In this document: positions 45,478 through 54,712 of the stretch, piece after piece
Layout of the letters: each line of letters begins with the position of its first letter
Position numbering within the stretch: the stretch's first letter is position 1
NCBI GenBank assembly: GCA_021157625.1
Contig: JAGGWD010000015.1
Coordinates: 13,800-77,799, forward strand
Source: a bacterium
GTDB taxonomy: Bacteria > Patescibacteriota > Minisyncoccia > Minisyncoccales > JAGGXC01
Reading direction: 5' to 3'
Length of the DNA stretch: 64,000 nucleotides
The notes under the pieces: generated by a model
Databases searched by the model: none
Told to the model about the DNA's origin: nothing
What the model saw: only the letters and a program-made list of their open reading frames with translations
Made by a program: the position numbers and the translations under genes

Positions 45478-46212
45478 TTATTGTTTTAAATTGGAATATA
45501 TTTCTTGAACTGCTTCATTTTCATCAAGATCTTCAAACAATCTTTCACAGGCCTCTTTAATGGTATCTTCCACTTCTATTTTTTCTTTGGCTACCCAGTC
45601 AATTGAGGTTCTGTCAATTTTAATTCCTGTTTTTTCTAGTTCTTTCTTTGTTTTTTCTAATTCTTCAGGTCTTGTATAAACTTCCAGAATATCTCCTATC
45701 CAATTAAGATCTTGAGCTCCTGCTTCAATTGCTTTTAATTCTAAAGTTTCTTTGTCTTTAAGAAACTCTTCCTGAGAGTTTATATCTATACAAATACAAC
45801 CTTTCCTTTCAAAAAGCCATTTTACAGAACCTTCACTGGCAAGTTTTCCATTATTTTGAGCCAGGATTTGTTTTATTTCAGAGAGAGTTCTGTTTCTATT
45901 ATCAGTAATGCCCTCGATGATAAGAGCTACTCCTCCTGGCCCATATGCTTCAAATATTACAGATTCAAACTGAGCCCCTTTTATTTCCCCTGTGCCTCTT
46001 TTTATTGCTCTTTCAATGTTGGCTTTGGGCATATTGAACTTCTTTGCCCTTTCTATTGCTACTCTTAGAGCAGGATTTGTTTCAGGATTTGGCCCCTTTT
46101 CTTTGGCAGCTATTGTAATTTCTCTTGATAACTTCGAAAATATCTTCCCTCTTTTCTGATCCGCAAGAGCTTTTTGGTATTTAATTGAGTGCCAATGAGA
46201 ATGTCCACTCAT
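45478..46212 (-). CDS. yebC: YebC/PmpR family protein
   Basis: MSGHSHW, NMPKANIERAI, EAYGPGG, TDNRNRT. Confidence 0.95.
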   Translation of the reverse strand: MSGHSHWHSIKYQKALADQKRGKIFSKLSREITIAAKEKGPNPETNPALRVAIERAKKFNMPKANIERAIKRGTGEIKGAQFESVIFEAYGPGGVALIIEGITDNRNRTLSEIKQILAQNNGKLASEGSVKWLFERKGCICIDINSQEEFLKDKETLELKAIEAGAQDLNWIGDILEVYTRPEELEKTKKELEKTGIKIDRTSIDWVAKEKIEVEDTIKEACERLFEDLDENEAVQEIYSNLKQ

Positions 46213-46246
46213 ATTCTTTTTCTTTAATTTTACTGCCCTCTTTTGA

Positions 46247-47419
46247 TTAAATCAAATTTTTTTTGAGTTTTCTTTTAAGACACACAAAGAAAACTCCACA
46301 ACTGAAAGCAAAACCCAGTGCTATAGTAAGAGTAGAAAGAAAAGAAGATGAATTAAGAGAAATATGGGTGATTGTTTTAGAGGTTTTATTAATCAGATCT
46401 CCGGAAGAGATCTTTGTCCCCAGAAGTGATTCCTTTTTTGTTGAAATAGGAAAGGAAGAGAAGTTGTTGGGCTTCTTGGGAGTTGGGTTTGAAGTCCAAA
46501 ACCATTTATCTTTGATTCTGGCAAATGAATGGCCTCGAGGAGCATTGGTATAGGTAACTTGATCTACTATCCGTCCATCTGGTTGATATAAAAAGATAGT
46601 ATCTTTGCTATTATTCAAAGTGATTTTTGTAGCAGGTCGCCGAAGAAGCAAAAAACTTTTCTCTTTGATCGTTGTGTTTTTTGGTAGAATATAGGTAGTT
46701 GTTCTTCCTATTCCGTCACTAATTTTCCAGCCTTCTAGATTTACTTCGAAATCGTTTTGGTTGAAGATTTCTATCCATTCATTTTTATAATCTGGACCTT
46801 CTGGGGAAGGTAGAATTTCATTAATAAAAATATTTGAAGGGTATTTTAAAGGAGATTGGTTCTGTTTTTGTTCTTTTGTTATAATCTCTAAGTAACTATT
46901 TTTACTTTTCGGAGTACCTTGAGGTCTTTGGCTAGATTGCCAGTTTTGAGGATCGCTCCCTTTTTTGAAAGGATTTTTTCTCTCCATTGTTTGCTTTGTA
47001 GAGTTATCCCCCGCAAACCATCCAGATGAACAATTTACTTCATCTATTATCCTTCCTTCTGAATCTAATAGTATTAAATGTTCTCCTTTATTATTCAAAG
47101 CCCCATTGTAAATTAGATCAGCCTTGATCTCTGGTATTGTTGTATCATTATTTCTTTCAAGAACGAAAAATCCATTTTTTGGAATTACTCCTTTCAAAGA
47201 AATGTTCAATCTCTTGTCTTTTGAGATAATTTTCCAATTTTCTAGATTTATATCAAAATCCCTATTGTTATAAAGCTCAATCCATTCATTGCGATAAGAG
47301 TCTTTTGTTCCCATCCAGGCAATTTCATTTATTATTACATCAAGAGTTTTTGCTTGTGAATCTCTGAGAGGGAAGAATACAAAAAAGAATATTAAAAAGG
47401 TAAACAAAATTCTTAGCAT
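46247..47419 (-). CDS. Surface protein with two lamin-tail domains and a C-terminal TM anchor
   Basis: Signal peptide; INEIAWMG...EWIELYN and INEILPSP...EWIEIFN; LNN...L.L; TP...N; C-terminal TM helix. Confidence 0.85.
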   Translation of the reverse strand: MLRILFTFLIFFFVFFPLRDSQAKTLDVIINEIAWMGTKDSYRNEWIELYNNRDFDINLENWKIISKDKRLNISLKGVIPKNGFFVLERNNDTTIPEIKADLIYNGALNNKGEHLILLDSEGRIIDEVNCSSGWFAGDNSTKQTMERKNPFKKGSDPQNWQSSQRPQGTPKSKNSYLEIITKEQKQNQSPLKYPSNIFINEILPSPEGPDYKNEWIEIFNQNDFEVNLEGWKISDGIGRTTTYILPKNTTIKEKSFLLLRRPATKITLNNSKDTIFLYQPDGRIVDQVTYTNAPRGHSFARIKDKWFWTSNPTPKKPNNFSSFPISTKKESLLGTKISSGDLINKTSKTITHISLNSSSFLSTLTIALGFAFSCGVFFVCLKRKLKKNLI

Positions 47420-47420
47420 C

Positions 47421-47449
47421 TTGACAAAAAAATAATTTTTATATATAAT
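47421..47449 (+). promoter_or_regulatory. Perfect consensus sigma70 promoter pointing into the structured element
   Basis: TTGACA-N17-TATAAT. Confidence 0.65.
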
Positions 47450-47453
47450 TAGG

Positions 47454-47595
47454 GAGAAAATAACCCCTAGGCTGGGGGTAGGGATTTTTCCCGATGGGTA
47501 ATCTGGAGTCCTCTCGAGATTATGCCTCGGAAAAATCCTGTCTTTAGGCCTCTAATGCCCTAAAAGTGTTCCCCCAGCCTAGGGGTTATTTTCTC
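47454..47595 (+). ncRNA. Unassigned structured element (candidate ncRNA or MITE)
   Basis: 25-bp perfect inverted repeat (47454-47478 / 47571-47595) enclosing two hairpins; GC-rich relative to its flanks. Confidence 0.55.
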
Positions 47596-48891
47596 TTAGG
47601 GAGATGTAACTCTTTCTACTTCTTGAAGGGTGGTTTTTCCTTCTAGTACTTTGATCAGTCCGTCTTGATACATAGTAACCATTCCTTTCTTTATTGCTTT
47701 TTCTTTCAATGCAGAAACTGATGGAGATTTTAGAATGAAGCTTTCTAATTCTGAATCAACTAAAAAAGCTTCAAAGATTCCTGTTCTTCCTTTATAACCA
47801 GTGAAATTACATTCAGGACATCCTTCAGCGACTGGGATTTTGAGGCCTTTCTGAATGTTAGGAATCTTTATATTTTTTGGAAGGTTTTTTAGATGTTTTT
47901 TAAACTTAGATAATTCGTTTTCATCAGCATTTTTGAACTTCAAACATTTTGTACATACCTTTCTTACCAATCTCTGTGCTATAGCAAGGTTTAAAGCAGG
48001 AGCTATGTTAAACGGTTTAGCGCCCAAGGATATTAGACGAGTAACAGTTCCTGCAGCATCATTTGTATGGAGAGTAGTGAATACTAAATGACCTGTAAGA
48101 GCAGCTTGGAGGGCAATTTGCGCTGTTTCTAAATCTCTTATTTCTCCAACCAAAATTACATCAGGATCTTGGCGGACTATTGATCTTAATCCCGAAGCAA
48201 AGTCATAACCTTTTTGAGGGTCAACTTGAGTTTGGGCTATGCCTTTCAAGTGATATTCGATCGGATCTTCGATAGTGATAACTTTTATCTCTGGCCTTTG
48301 GATTTCTTTCAGGAAAGCATATAGGGTAGTAGTTTTTCCGGAACCAGTAGGTCCTGTTACAATTATCATTCCGTTTGGTTTTTTGATCTCTTTTAAGAAA
48401 AGATCTAATAGGTCTTTTCTTAATCCTAATTCTTCTATACTGATCAGATCTTTTGGATTAAGGAGACGCAACACTATTGTCTCTCCATATTCAGAAGGAA
48501 GAGTAGATGCTCTTACCTCAATTACATCGTTTTTTATTAAAATAGAAAAACGGCCGTCTTGAGGCCTATCAGTAACATTTAACTTAATACCAGAGAGTAG
48601 TTTTATTCTATTTAGGATTTTATGATAAAGAGAGGTTTCGAGTACCAAGACATCATAGAGCATTCCGTCGATTCTTATTCTCAGTCGTGTTTTTTCTTTT
48701 TGTGGCTCAAAATGTATATCTGAACTCCTGAGATGGATAGCTCCTCCTAAAATTATCTCTAGAAGTTCAGTGATATTCGCGCCTAAATATTTCTCAATTT
48801 TCTTTTTGAATTCCAAAACATTTAAAAGACTCTGGATTTCTGAAACTGCCTTTGGCGAGATTTCTGTTTGTTTTGTAATTTCTTCTTTCAT
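47596..48891 (-). CDS. Second GspE/PulE-family ATPase without the N-terminal MshEN-type domain
   Basis: SSDIHFEP, PQDGRF, GPTGSGKTT, RQDPD, TGHLVFTTLH, CTKC...CPEC. Confidence 0.92.
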   Translation of the reverse strand: MKEEITKQTEISPKAVSEIQSLLNVLEFKKKIEKYLGANITELLEIILGGAIHLRSSDIHFEPQKEKTRLRIRIDGMLYDVLVLETSLYHKILNRIKLLSGIKLNVTDRPQDGRFSILIKNDVIEVRASTLPSEYGETIVLRLLNPKDLISIEELGLRKDLLDLFLKEIKKPNGMIIVTGPTGSGKTTTLYAFLKEIQRPEIKVITIEDPIEYHLKGIAQTQVDPQKGYDFASGLRSIVRQDPDVILVGEIRDLETAQIALQAALTGHLVFTTLHTNDAAGTVTRLISLGAKPFNIAPALNLAIAQRLVRKVCTKCLKFKNADENELSKFKKHLKNLPKNIKIPNIQKGLKIPVAEGCPECNFTGYKGRTGIFEAFLVDSELESFILKSPSVSALKEKAIKKGMVTMYQDGLIKVLEGKTTLQEVERVTSP

Positions 48892-48955
48892 TGTAAAATG
48901 GATAAATCAGAGTTACTTTAATTTATCTTAAAATTCTAGATGAGTCAACTAGTTT

Positions 48956-49453
48956 ATGGAAAGAATAACAAAAAGCGCTTCCGAAACTAAAAGATTAGGT
49001 GAGGATTTTGCTAAAAGAATTATCAATAAGAAATATAAAAAGAGAGACAAAAAAGCCTTTGTCATCTGTCTTAAAGGAGATCTTGGCGGAGGCAAAACGA
49101 CATTTGTTCAAGGTTTTGCTAAGGGATTAGGTATAGAAGGAAAAGTTCTTAGTCCCACTTTTGTGATTATGAAAAAATTTAGCATTCCTTGCATAAGAGA
49201 AAAAGAATCTTTTTATAGATATCTCTACCATATAGACTGTTATCGAATTGATTCTTCTAAAGAGGTAAATTCGTTGGGCCTGAAAGAGATTGTTTCTGAT
49301 CCTCAGAATATAGTAATTATTGAGTGGGTTGACAGAATAAAGGAAGAATGGCTTTCTTGTACGCTTTCAATACAATTCCACTTTATAGACGAAAAAACTA
49401 GAAGAGTTATCATTAAAGAGAATGGAAAAACAAAAAACCTTTCTTGTTATTGA
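48956..49453 (+). CDS. tsaE: tRNA t6A biosynthesis ATPase TsaE
   Basis: GDLGGGKTT, SPTF, HIDCYR, IEW. Confidence 0.95.
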   Translation: MERITKSASETKRLGEDFAKRIINKKYKKRDKKAFVICLKGDLGGGKTTFVQGFAKGLGIEGKVLSPTFVIMKKFSIPCIREKESFYRYLYHIDCYRIDSSKEVNSLGLKEIVSDPQNIVIIEWVDRIKEEWLSCTLSIQFHFIDEKTRRVIIKENGKTKNLSCY

Positions 49454-50360
49454 TAGCAATTCTTTAATTCATAGAGCTTACCACGCTCTTCCTCCTTTGA
49501 CCACAAAAAAGGGTCAAGAGGTAGGAGCCATTTATGGGTTTTTGTTAGGATTGTTCAAAGTGCTGAAAGAGTTCAAGCCAGATTTTGTGGCTGCTGCTTT
49601 TGACTCCTCTGGTCCTACTTTTCGGCATAAAGAATTTAAAGCGTATAAAGCAAAAAGACCCAAAATTCCACCTCAACTTTCTTGGCAAATTGAGCAGACA
49701 AAGGAGATTCTGGAGGCTTTTGGGATACCTGTGTTTGAGAAAAAAGGTTTCGAGGCTGATGACATAATTGGAACTATATCGACTCTTGTACCCAAAAAAC
49801 AAATTTTTCCTGAAGCAAAAATAATAATTCTCAGTGGCGATTTAGATACGCTTCAGCTTGTAAAACCACATACCTATGTATGTTTTCCTCAAAAAGGAGT
49901 AAAAGGAACAATCTTGTACGATCCGGAGCTGGTTAGAGAGAAATATAGTGGTCTTGAACCTACTCAGTTGGTTGATTTTAGAGCTTTACGGGGAGATCCT
50001 TCAGACAATATTCCTGGAGTAAAAGGGATTGGTCAGAAAACTGCTATTGCTTTAATTAAAGAATTTAAAACCTTAGAGAATCTCTATTTTGAAATTGAAA
50101 ATCATACAGAGAGGTCAGAAAAGATCAAACCCAAATTAAGAGAATTATTGCTTAAACACAAGGAGGATGCTTTCTTTAGTAAGCAGTTATCCCAGATTGC
50201 ATGCAATGTCCCAATAGAATTCAGTTTAGAGAAGTGTCGGTTTGGAAGATATGATGAGCAGAAAATAAAAACATTGTTTGAGAAACTTGAATTCTTTAGC
50301 CTAATAAAGAAATTACCCGAGATTTTCAATAGTAAAGTTTCCGAAAATTTGCTAAAATAA
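49422..50360 (+). CDS. Stand-alone 5'-3' exonuclease/flap endonuclease (Pol I N-terminal domain)
   Basis: RAYHALP, YKAKR, FEADDIIG, SGDLD, GDPSDNIPGVKGIG; no polymerase domain follows. Confidence 0.9.
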   Translation: MEKQKTFLVIDSNSLIHRAYHALPPLTTKKGQEVGAIYGFLLGLFKVLKEFKPDFVAAAFDSSGPTFRHKEFKAYKAKRPKIPPQLSWQIEQTKEILEAFGIPVFEKKGFEADDIIGTISTLVPKKQIFPEAKIIILSGDLDTLQLVKPHTYVCFPQKGVKGTILYDPELVREKYSGLEPTQLVDFRALRGDPSDNIPGVKGIGQKTAIALIKEFKTLENLYFEIENHTERSEKIKPKLRELLLKHKEDAFFSKQLSQIACNVPIEFSLEKCRFGRYDEQKIKTLFEKLEFFSLIKKLPEIFNSKVSENLLK

Positions 50361-50366
50361 AAGAAT

Positions 50367-50513
50367 ATGCCCTTGGTAAATGTAGGAATAGCAACATCAA
50401 CAAAAGATGATTTGCCAGAAGTAGGAACTTACAAAGCAAGTGAGCCTAAAGGAGGAGCTTTTACAATTTCTATGATGGGTATTTCTAATCGCTTTATATC
50501 TGAAGCAAGATAA
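50367..50513 (+). pseudogene. 48-aa internally deleted FIST paralog (N-terminus joined in frame to C-terminus)
   Basis: MPLVNVGIATSTKDDLPE-VGTYKASEPKGGAFTISMMGISNRFISEAR matches both ends of 51251-52633. Confidence 0.8.
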
Positions 50514-50522
50514 TGAGATATT

Positions 50523-51239
50523 ATGTTTTTTTTACTCAAGGAATCACTTAAACTTTATAAGAAAGTATTTTTGGAAACTCTCGACCCTGCGGTGATTTTT
50601 AATAAAAAAGGTAATATCAGTTACATAAATAATGCTCTCTCCAGGATAGGAGGATATGAAACAAAAGAATTGCAAAATCGACCCCTTGTATCTTTGATAC
50701 CCCAAGAGGAAAGAGAACGCGTGGAAAATATCCTCAAGGAAGTTCTGACAGAAAGAAAGATATTTAGAGAATTTAATACCTTTCTTCTTACCAAGAAAGG
50801 TAAACAAATTCCTGTATCTCTTACTCTTATTCCTCTTTTGGATAAAAAAGAGTTAATGGGTGGGTTGGCTATATTTGTAGATATAAGACAACTAAAAGGT
50901 CTTTTAGAAGCTTTAAGCAAAGCAAAGTCAGAACTAGAAGAGAGAGTAAGAGAAAGAACAAAAGAGTTGGAAGAGAAGACCAAGAAGTTGGAGAAGATGA
51001 AAAAAGAACTTGAAGAAGCAAAAACAGTGCTTGAGATTAAGGTAAGAGCAAGAACAAGAGAGCTTCAGGAGCTTAATGAGACATTAGAAGAAAAAGTAAA
51101 GGAAAGAACCAAGGAACTTCAAGAGAAAGTAGATGAATTAAATAAATGGTATAAACTAACAGTTGGGAGAGAGCTTAAGATGATAGAGCTAAAAAAGGAG
51201 ATCGAGAAATTGAAAAAAAGTATTAAGAAAACCTCATAA
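50523..51239 (+). CDS. PAS domain protein with coiled-coil signalling helices
   Basis: PAS (ISYINNA...GY...KKGKQIPV...DIR), repeated LEE(R/K)V(R/K)ERTKEL, GRELKMIELKKE tail. Confidence 0.85.
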   Translation: MFFLLKESLKLYKKVFLETLDPAVIFNKKGNISYINNALSRIGGYETKELQNRPLVSLIPQEERERVENILKEVLTERKIFREFNTFLLTKKGKQIPVSLTLIPLLDKKELMGGLAIFVDIRQLKGLLEALSKAKSELEERVRERTKELEEKTKKLEKMKKELEEAKTVLEIKVRARTRELQELNETLEEKVKERTKELQEKVDELNKWYKLTVGRELKMIELKKEIEKLKKSIKKTS

Positions 51240-51250
51240 ACCTTCTTAAT

Positions 51251-52633
51251 ATGCCCTTGGTAAATGTAGGAATAGCAATATCAACAAAAGATGATTTGCC
51301 AGAAGCTGCTAAAGAAGCAGCCAAGAAAGCAAAAGAGCAACTGAAAGGTAAAACCCCAAAGCTTTTGATGTTTTTTTGTGTATTCACCTATCCTCCAGAG
51401 ACTTATCAAAAGGCACTTGAGGCAATCTATGAGGTCTTTGACAATAAAGACATTCCTTTGGTGGGAGGGAATGTTTTGGGCTTCTTTGCTAAAGACAGGT
51501 ATTATTTTGATGTAGAGATGTTTGGAAAGGGGTTAGCTAGAATTATGAAAGGATTAGCAAGAGTTATTCCTCAGCTCAGATTTAAAGGAGCTTCCCTGAT
51601 AGCTCTTCATTCAGATTACTTTTCTGTAGGCACAGGAATAGGTAAAGATGCTTTCAAAAATCCTCAGAAAGCAGGAGAGGCCTGTATTAAGATGGCCTTA
51701 GAGAACCTAGAATACAATCCTTCCATTGCCTATTTGGCAATGCTTAAAAAAGGAGCAAAGGATATTACCAGATTCAGACCACTAAGTGCACTTTTACTCA
51801 CTCCTGGAATGACTCCTCAAAAAGAGATCTTGGATCAGGAAATCATTGATGGAATTATTTCTTTTGCAAAGAGAACCTTGCGTCTGGCAGGAGGGGGAGT
51901 TTCAGATGGAGTGACTGTAAGAGCAACAAAAGATGGCCATCTTTTCTTCAACAAAGAAGTTCACAAAGAAGCGGTAATTTCTGTTGTTTTTGGTTCTGAT
52001 TTAGAGATTGGTTATGGAATAGCTACAGGTGCTGAGGCTTTGCCAGAGAGAGTAGTAATTACCAAAGCAAAGGGTCATATCGTTTATGAACTGAACCAAA
52101 GACCTCCAATAGAGGTTTTAAGAGAAATTTATGAAAAATATTCAGATAAGAAGATAGAGGATTTTTTGAATTTGGAAATGTATCTGATGCTGAAAGGTTA
52201 TGTGATGGGCATTACTGATCTTAAAGGAGGTTTTTATTGGCCTTTTGTTTTTACTGAGATTGTTGAAGGAAAATATTTAAGGGCTTTCTTTCCAATGAAA
52301 GAAGGGGTGGGTTTGAGTTTTGTAAGGGTTGCTCCTCAATCAGCTCAAAAAGCAACGATTCAGGCGGTAAAAGATATGATAGAAGATGCCAAAACAGACG
52401 ATTTTGGTTTTGTTTTCTTTGCTTCTTGTGCATTGAGAGGGCAAATTTTGGGAAGGAAATATCTTCAAGAAATGGAAGTGATAAAGGAGACTTTAAAAAA
52501 CAAAAACTTGCCTGTATTTGGAATATGTAGCAATGGAGAGCAGGCAACCTACAAGACAAGTGAGCCAAGAGCAAGCTCTTTTTCTATTAGCATGATGGGA
52601 ATTTCCAATCGTCTCATATCTGAAATTGGATGA
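51251..52633 (+). CDS. FIST domain sensory protein
   Basis: P(K)LLMFF, PLVGG, LAGG, ITKAKGHIVYELN, SCALR, GICSNGEQ. Confidence 0.82.
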   Translation: MPLVNVGIAISTKDDLPEAAKEAAKKAKEQLKGKTPKLLMFFCVFTYPPETYQKALEAIYEVFDNKDIPLVGGNVLGFFAKDRYYFDVEMFGKGLARIMKGLARVIPQLRFKGASLIALHSDYFSVGTGIGKDAFKNPQKAGEACIKMALENLEYNPSIAYLAMLKKGAKDITRFRPLSALLLTPGMTPQKEILDQEIIDGIISFAKRTLRLAGGGVSDGVTVRATKDGHLFFNKEVHKEAVISVVFGSDLEIGYGIATGAEALPERVVITKAKGHIVYELNQRPPIEVLREIYEKYSDKKIEDFLNLEMYLMLKGYVMGITDLKGGFYWPFVFTEIVEGKYLRAFFPMKEGVGLSFVRVAPQSAQKATIQAVKDMIEDAKTDDFGFVFFASCALRGQILGRKYLQEMEVIKETLKNKNLPVFGICSNGEQATYKTSEPRASSFSISMMGISNRLISEIG

Positions 52634-52643
52634 TTATTTATAA

Positions 52644-53816
52644 ATGAAAGGAAATTTACAAAAAGAAAAAGGAGATGAGAAGCTTCCTGAAGTAACTCCT
52701 CGCGAAGCTTATCTTGCTTTGCTTAATATTTTGGAAGATGTAGAGGAAGCGCGCCTCCGTGCAGTAGAAGAAAGAAATAAAACATTGGCTATTATTACAA
52801 ATTTTACTGACGGTCTTTTGTTTTTTGATAAAGAAAATAAATTGTCTTTAATTAATCCTGTTGCCGAAGAGTATCTTTCAGTTAAAGGAATGGAGGTGAT
52901 TGGCAAATCTCTTTCAGATCTTGTGGAATTTCCTCGTCTAAAACCAATTGTTGGTCTTTTAAAAAAGACCACAAGAATTTTTAGAAAAGAAATTAAACTT
53001 GAGGAGAACCTTATACTAGAGATAACAACTGCGTCTGTTAAAAGAGGAGAAGAGGAATTGGGTATATTAGTTGTTTTGCATGATATTACAAGAGAAAAGC
53101 TGATAGAGAAGATGAAAACGGATTTTGTTAGCCTGGCCGCTCATCAGTTAAGAACACCGCTTTCAGCAATAAAATGGACCTTAAGAATGCTGCTTGATGG
53201 AGATCTGGGCAAAATAACCAAAGAACAAAGAGAATTTTTAGAGAAAACATACAACTCAAACGAAAGAATGATAGGTTTAATTAATGATCTTTTGAATGTG
53301 ACAAGAATAGAAGAAGGAAGATATCTCTATAAACTTACCCCTGTTTCTTTTGAAGATGTAGTCAAAGAAGTAATAGAAAACTACAAAGACCAAATCAAGA
53401 AAAAAAAGATTAAATTTAAGTTTATTGGTTTCTCACGGAAGGTGCCTAAAATAAAATTAGATGTAGAGAAGATAAAACTTGCTATTTCTAATTTCTTAGA
53501 TAATGCGATAAGATATACGCCCGAGAGAGGTAAAGTAATTGTTTCTTTGCAAGCAACCGACAAAGAAATTCGATTTTCAGTGGAGGATTCAGGAATTGGT
53601 GTGCCCAAAGATCAACAAAATAGATTGTTTACTAAGTTTTTCAGAGCAGCAAACGCAATAAGAACAGAAACAGAAGGGTCAGGGCTTGGTCTTTTTATTT
53701 CAAAGAATATTATTGAGGCTCATGGAGGAAAAGTTGGTTTTAAATCTGAAGAAGGTAAGGGATCTACTTTTTATTTTACTATTCCCTATAAGGCAAAGAA
53801 GAGAATGAAGGAGTGA
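52644..53816 (+). CDS. Cytoplasmic PAS histidine kinase
   Basis: PAS (DGLL...INPVAE...HDIT), AAHQLRTPL, NFLDNAIRY, DSGIG, GSGLGL. Confidence 0.93.
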   Translation: MKGNLQKEKGDEKLPEVTPREAYLALLNILEDVEEARLRAVEERNKTLAIITNFTDGLLFFDKENKLSLINPVAEEYLSVKGMEVIGKSLSDLVEFPRLKPIVGLLKKTTRIFRKEIKLEENLILEITTASVKRGEEELGILVVLHDITREKLIEKMKTDFVSLAAHQLRTPLSAIKWTLRMLLDGDLGKITKEQREFLEKTYNSNERMIGLINDLLNVTRIEEGRYLYKLTPVSFEDVVKEVIENYKDQIKKKKIKFKFIGFSRKVPKIKLDVEKIKLAISNFLDNAIRYTPERGKVIVSLQATDKEIRFSVEDSGIGVPKDQQNRLFTKFFRAANAIRTETEGSGLGLFISKNIIEAHGGKVGFKSEEGKGSTFYFTIPYKAKKRMKE

Positions 53817-53897
53817 ATTTATATAAAGTGTGGAAAAAGAAATTGTATTTTTCTTTGAGAAAGGTTAAAATAATTAAATAATCAATATCGCTTTTGT

Positions 53898-54275
53898 ATG
53901 TCCAATAATGCTAAGAAAATATTATTGGTAGAAGACGAGGAATTAATTGTCAACCTTCTTCAAAGAAAATTAGAAACAGAAGGGTATGAGGTTTTTGTGG
54001 CAAGAGACGGAATTGAGGGGCTTGAGAAAATGAAAAAGACAAAACCCGATCTTGTGTTACTTGATATAATAATGCCTCGAATGGGAGGCTTTGAGGTAAT
54101 GGAGGCAATGAAGAAAGATAAGGGTCTTAGAGATATTCCTGTAATTGTCATTTCTAACTCTGGTCAACCAGTAGAGCTTGATCGAGCAAGACAGTTGGGG
54201 GCAAGAGATTGGTTAATCAAAACAGAATTTGATCCCAAAGAAGTCCTTGCTAAAGTAAAAAAACAAATAGGTTAA
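53898..54275 (+). CDS. Single-domain response regulator
   Basis: KILLVEDE, PDLVLLDIIMP, IPVIVISN. Confidence 0.92.
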   Translation: MSNNAKKILLVEDEELIVNLLQRKLETEGYEVFVARDGIEGLEKMKKTKPDLVLLDIIMPRMGGFEVMEAMKKDKGLRDIPVIVISNSGQPVELDRARQLGARDWLIKTEFDPKEVLAKVKKQIG

Positions 54276-54284
54276 TAGTAGATT

Positions 54285-54662
54285 ATGGCTAATTCTAAAA
54301 AGACAATTCTAATAATTGAAGATGATAAGTTCTTGAGAGATTTAATTACACGGAAGTTGTCAAAAGAAGGTTATGAAGTGTTTGTAGCAGTAAACGGAGA
54401 AGAAGGGCTAAAAAAAACAAAAGAGAAGAAACCAGATTTAATTCTTCTTGATTTGATCCTCCCTGGTATTGATGGGTTTGAGGTCCTGGCAAGGATAAAA
54501 AAGGAACCTCTGATAGCTAAAATTCCTGTGATTATATTATCTAATCTTGGTCAAAAAGAAGATATAGAACGAGGTTTACAATTAGGAGCAGTTGATTATT
54601 TGATTAAGGCCCATTTTACGCCGGGTGAGATTATAGAAAAGATTAAAAAATTCTTAGAGTAA
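54285..54662 (+). CDS. Single-domain response regulator
   Basis: ILIIEDD, PDLILLDLILP, LSNLGQ, GAVDYLIK. Confidence 0.92.
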   Translation: MANSKKTILIIEDDKFLRDLITRKLSKEGYEVFVAVNGEEGLKKTKEKKPDLILLDLILPGIDGFEVLARIKKEPLIAKIPVIILSNLGQKEDIERGLQLGAVDYLIKAHFTPGEIIEKIKKFLE

Positions 54663-54712
54663 AACCTTATTTTTTCTTTCCTGACGCAGTGCAGTTTTAT
54701 TAATATGTTAAT

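Noticed and set aside
47454-47595. Retron msr-msd or SRP RNA
   Set aside because: The inverted-repeat-plus-hairpins layout is retron-like, but no RT is adjacent; the SRP helix-8 motif is absent.
50367-52633. Mini-FIST and FIST as a DGR template/variable repeat pair
   Set aside because: Mismatches are not restricted to adenines, and no reverse transcriptase is in the window.
53829-53837. Isolated DnaA-box-like 9-mers (53829, also 25543)
   Set aside because: Single boxes are expected by chance in 64 kb of AT-rich DNA, and there is no clustering.
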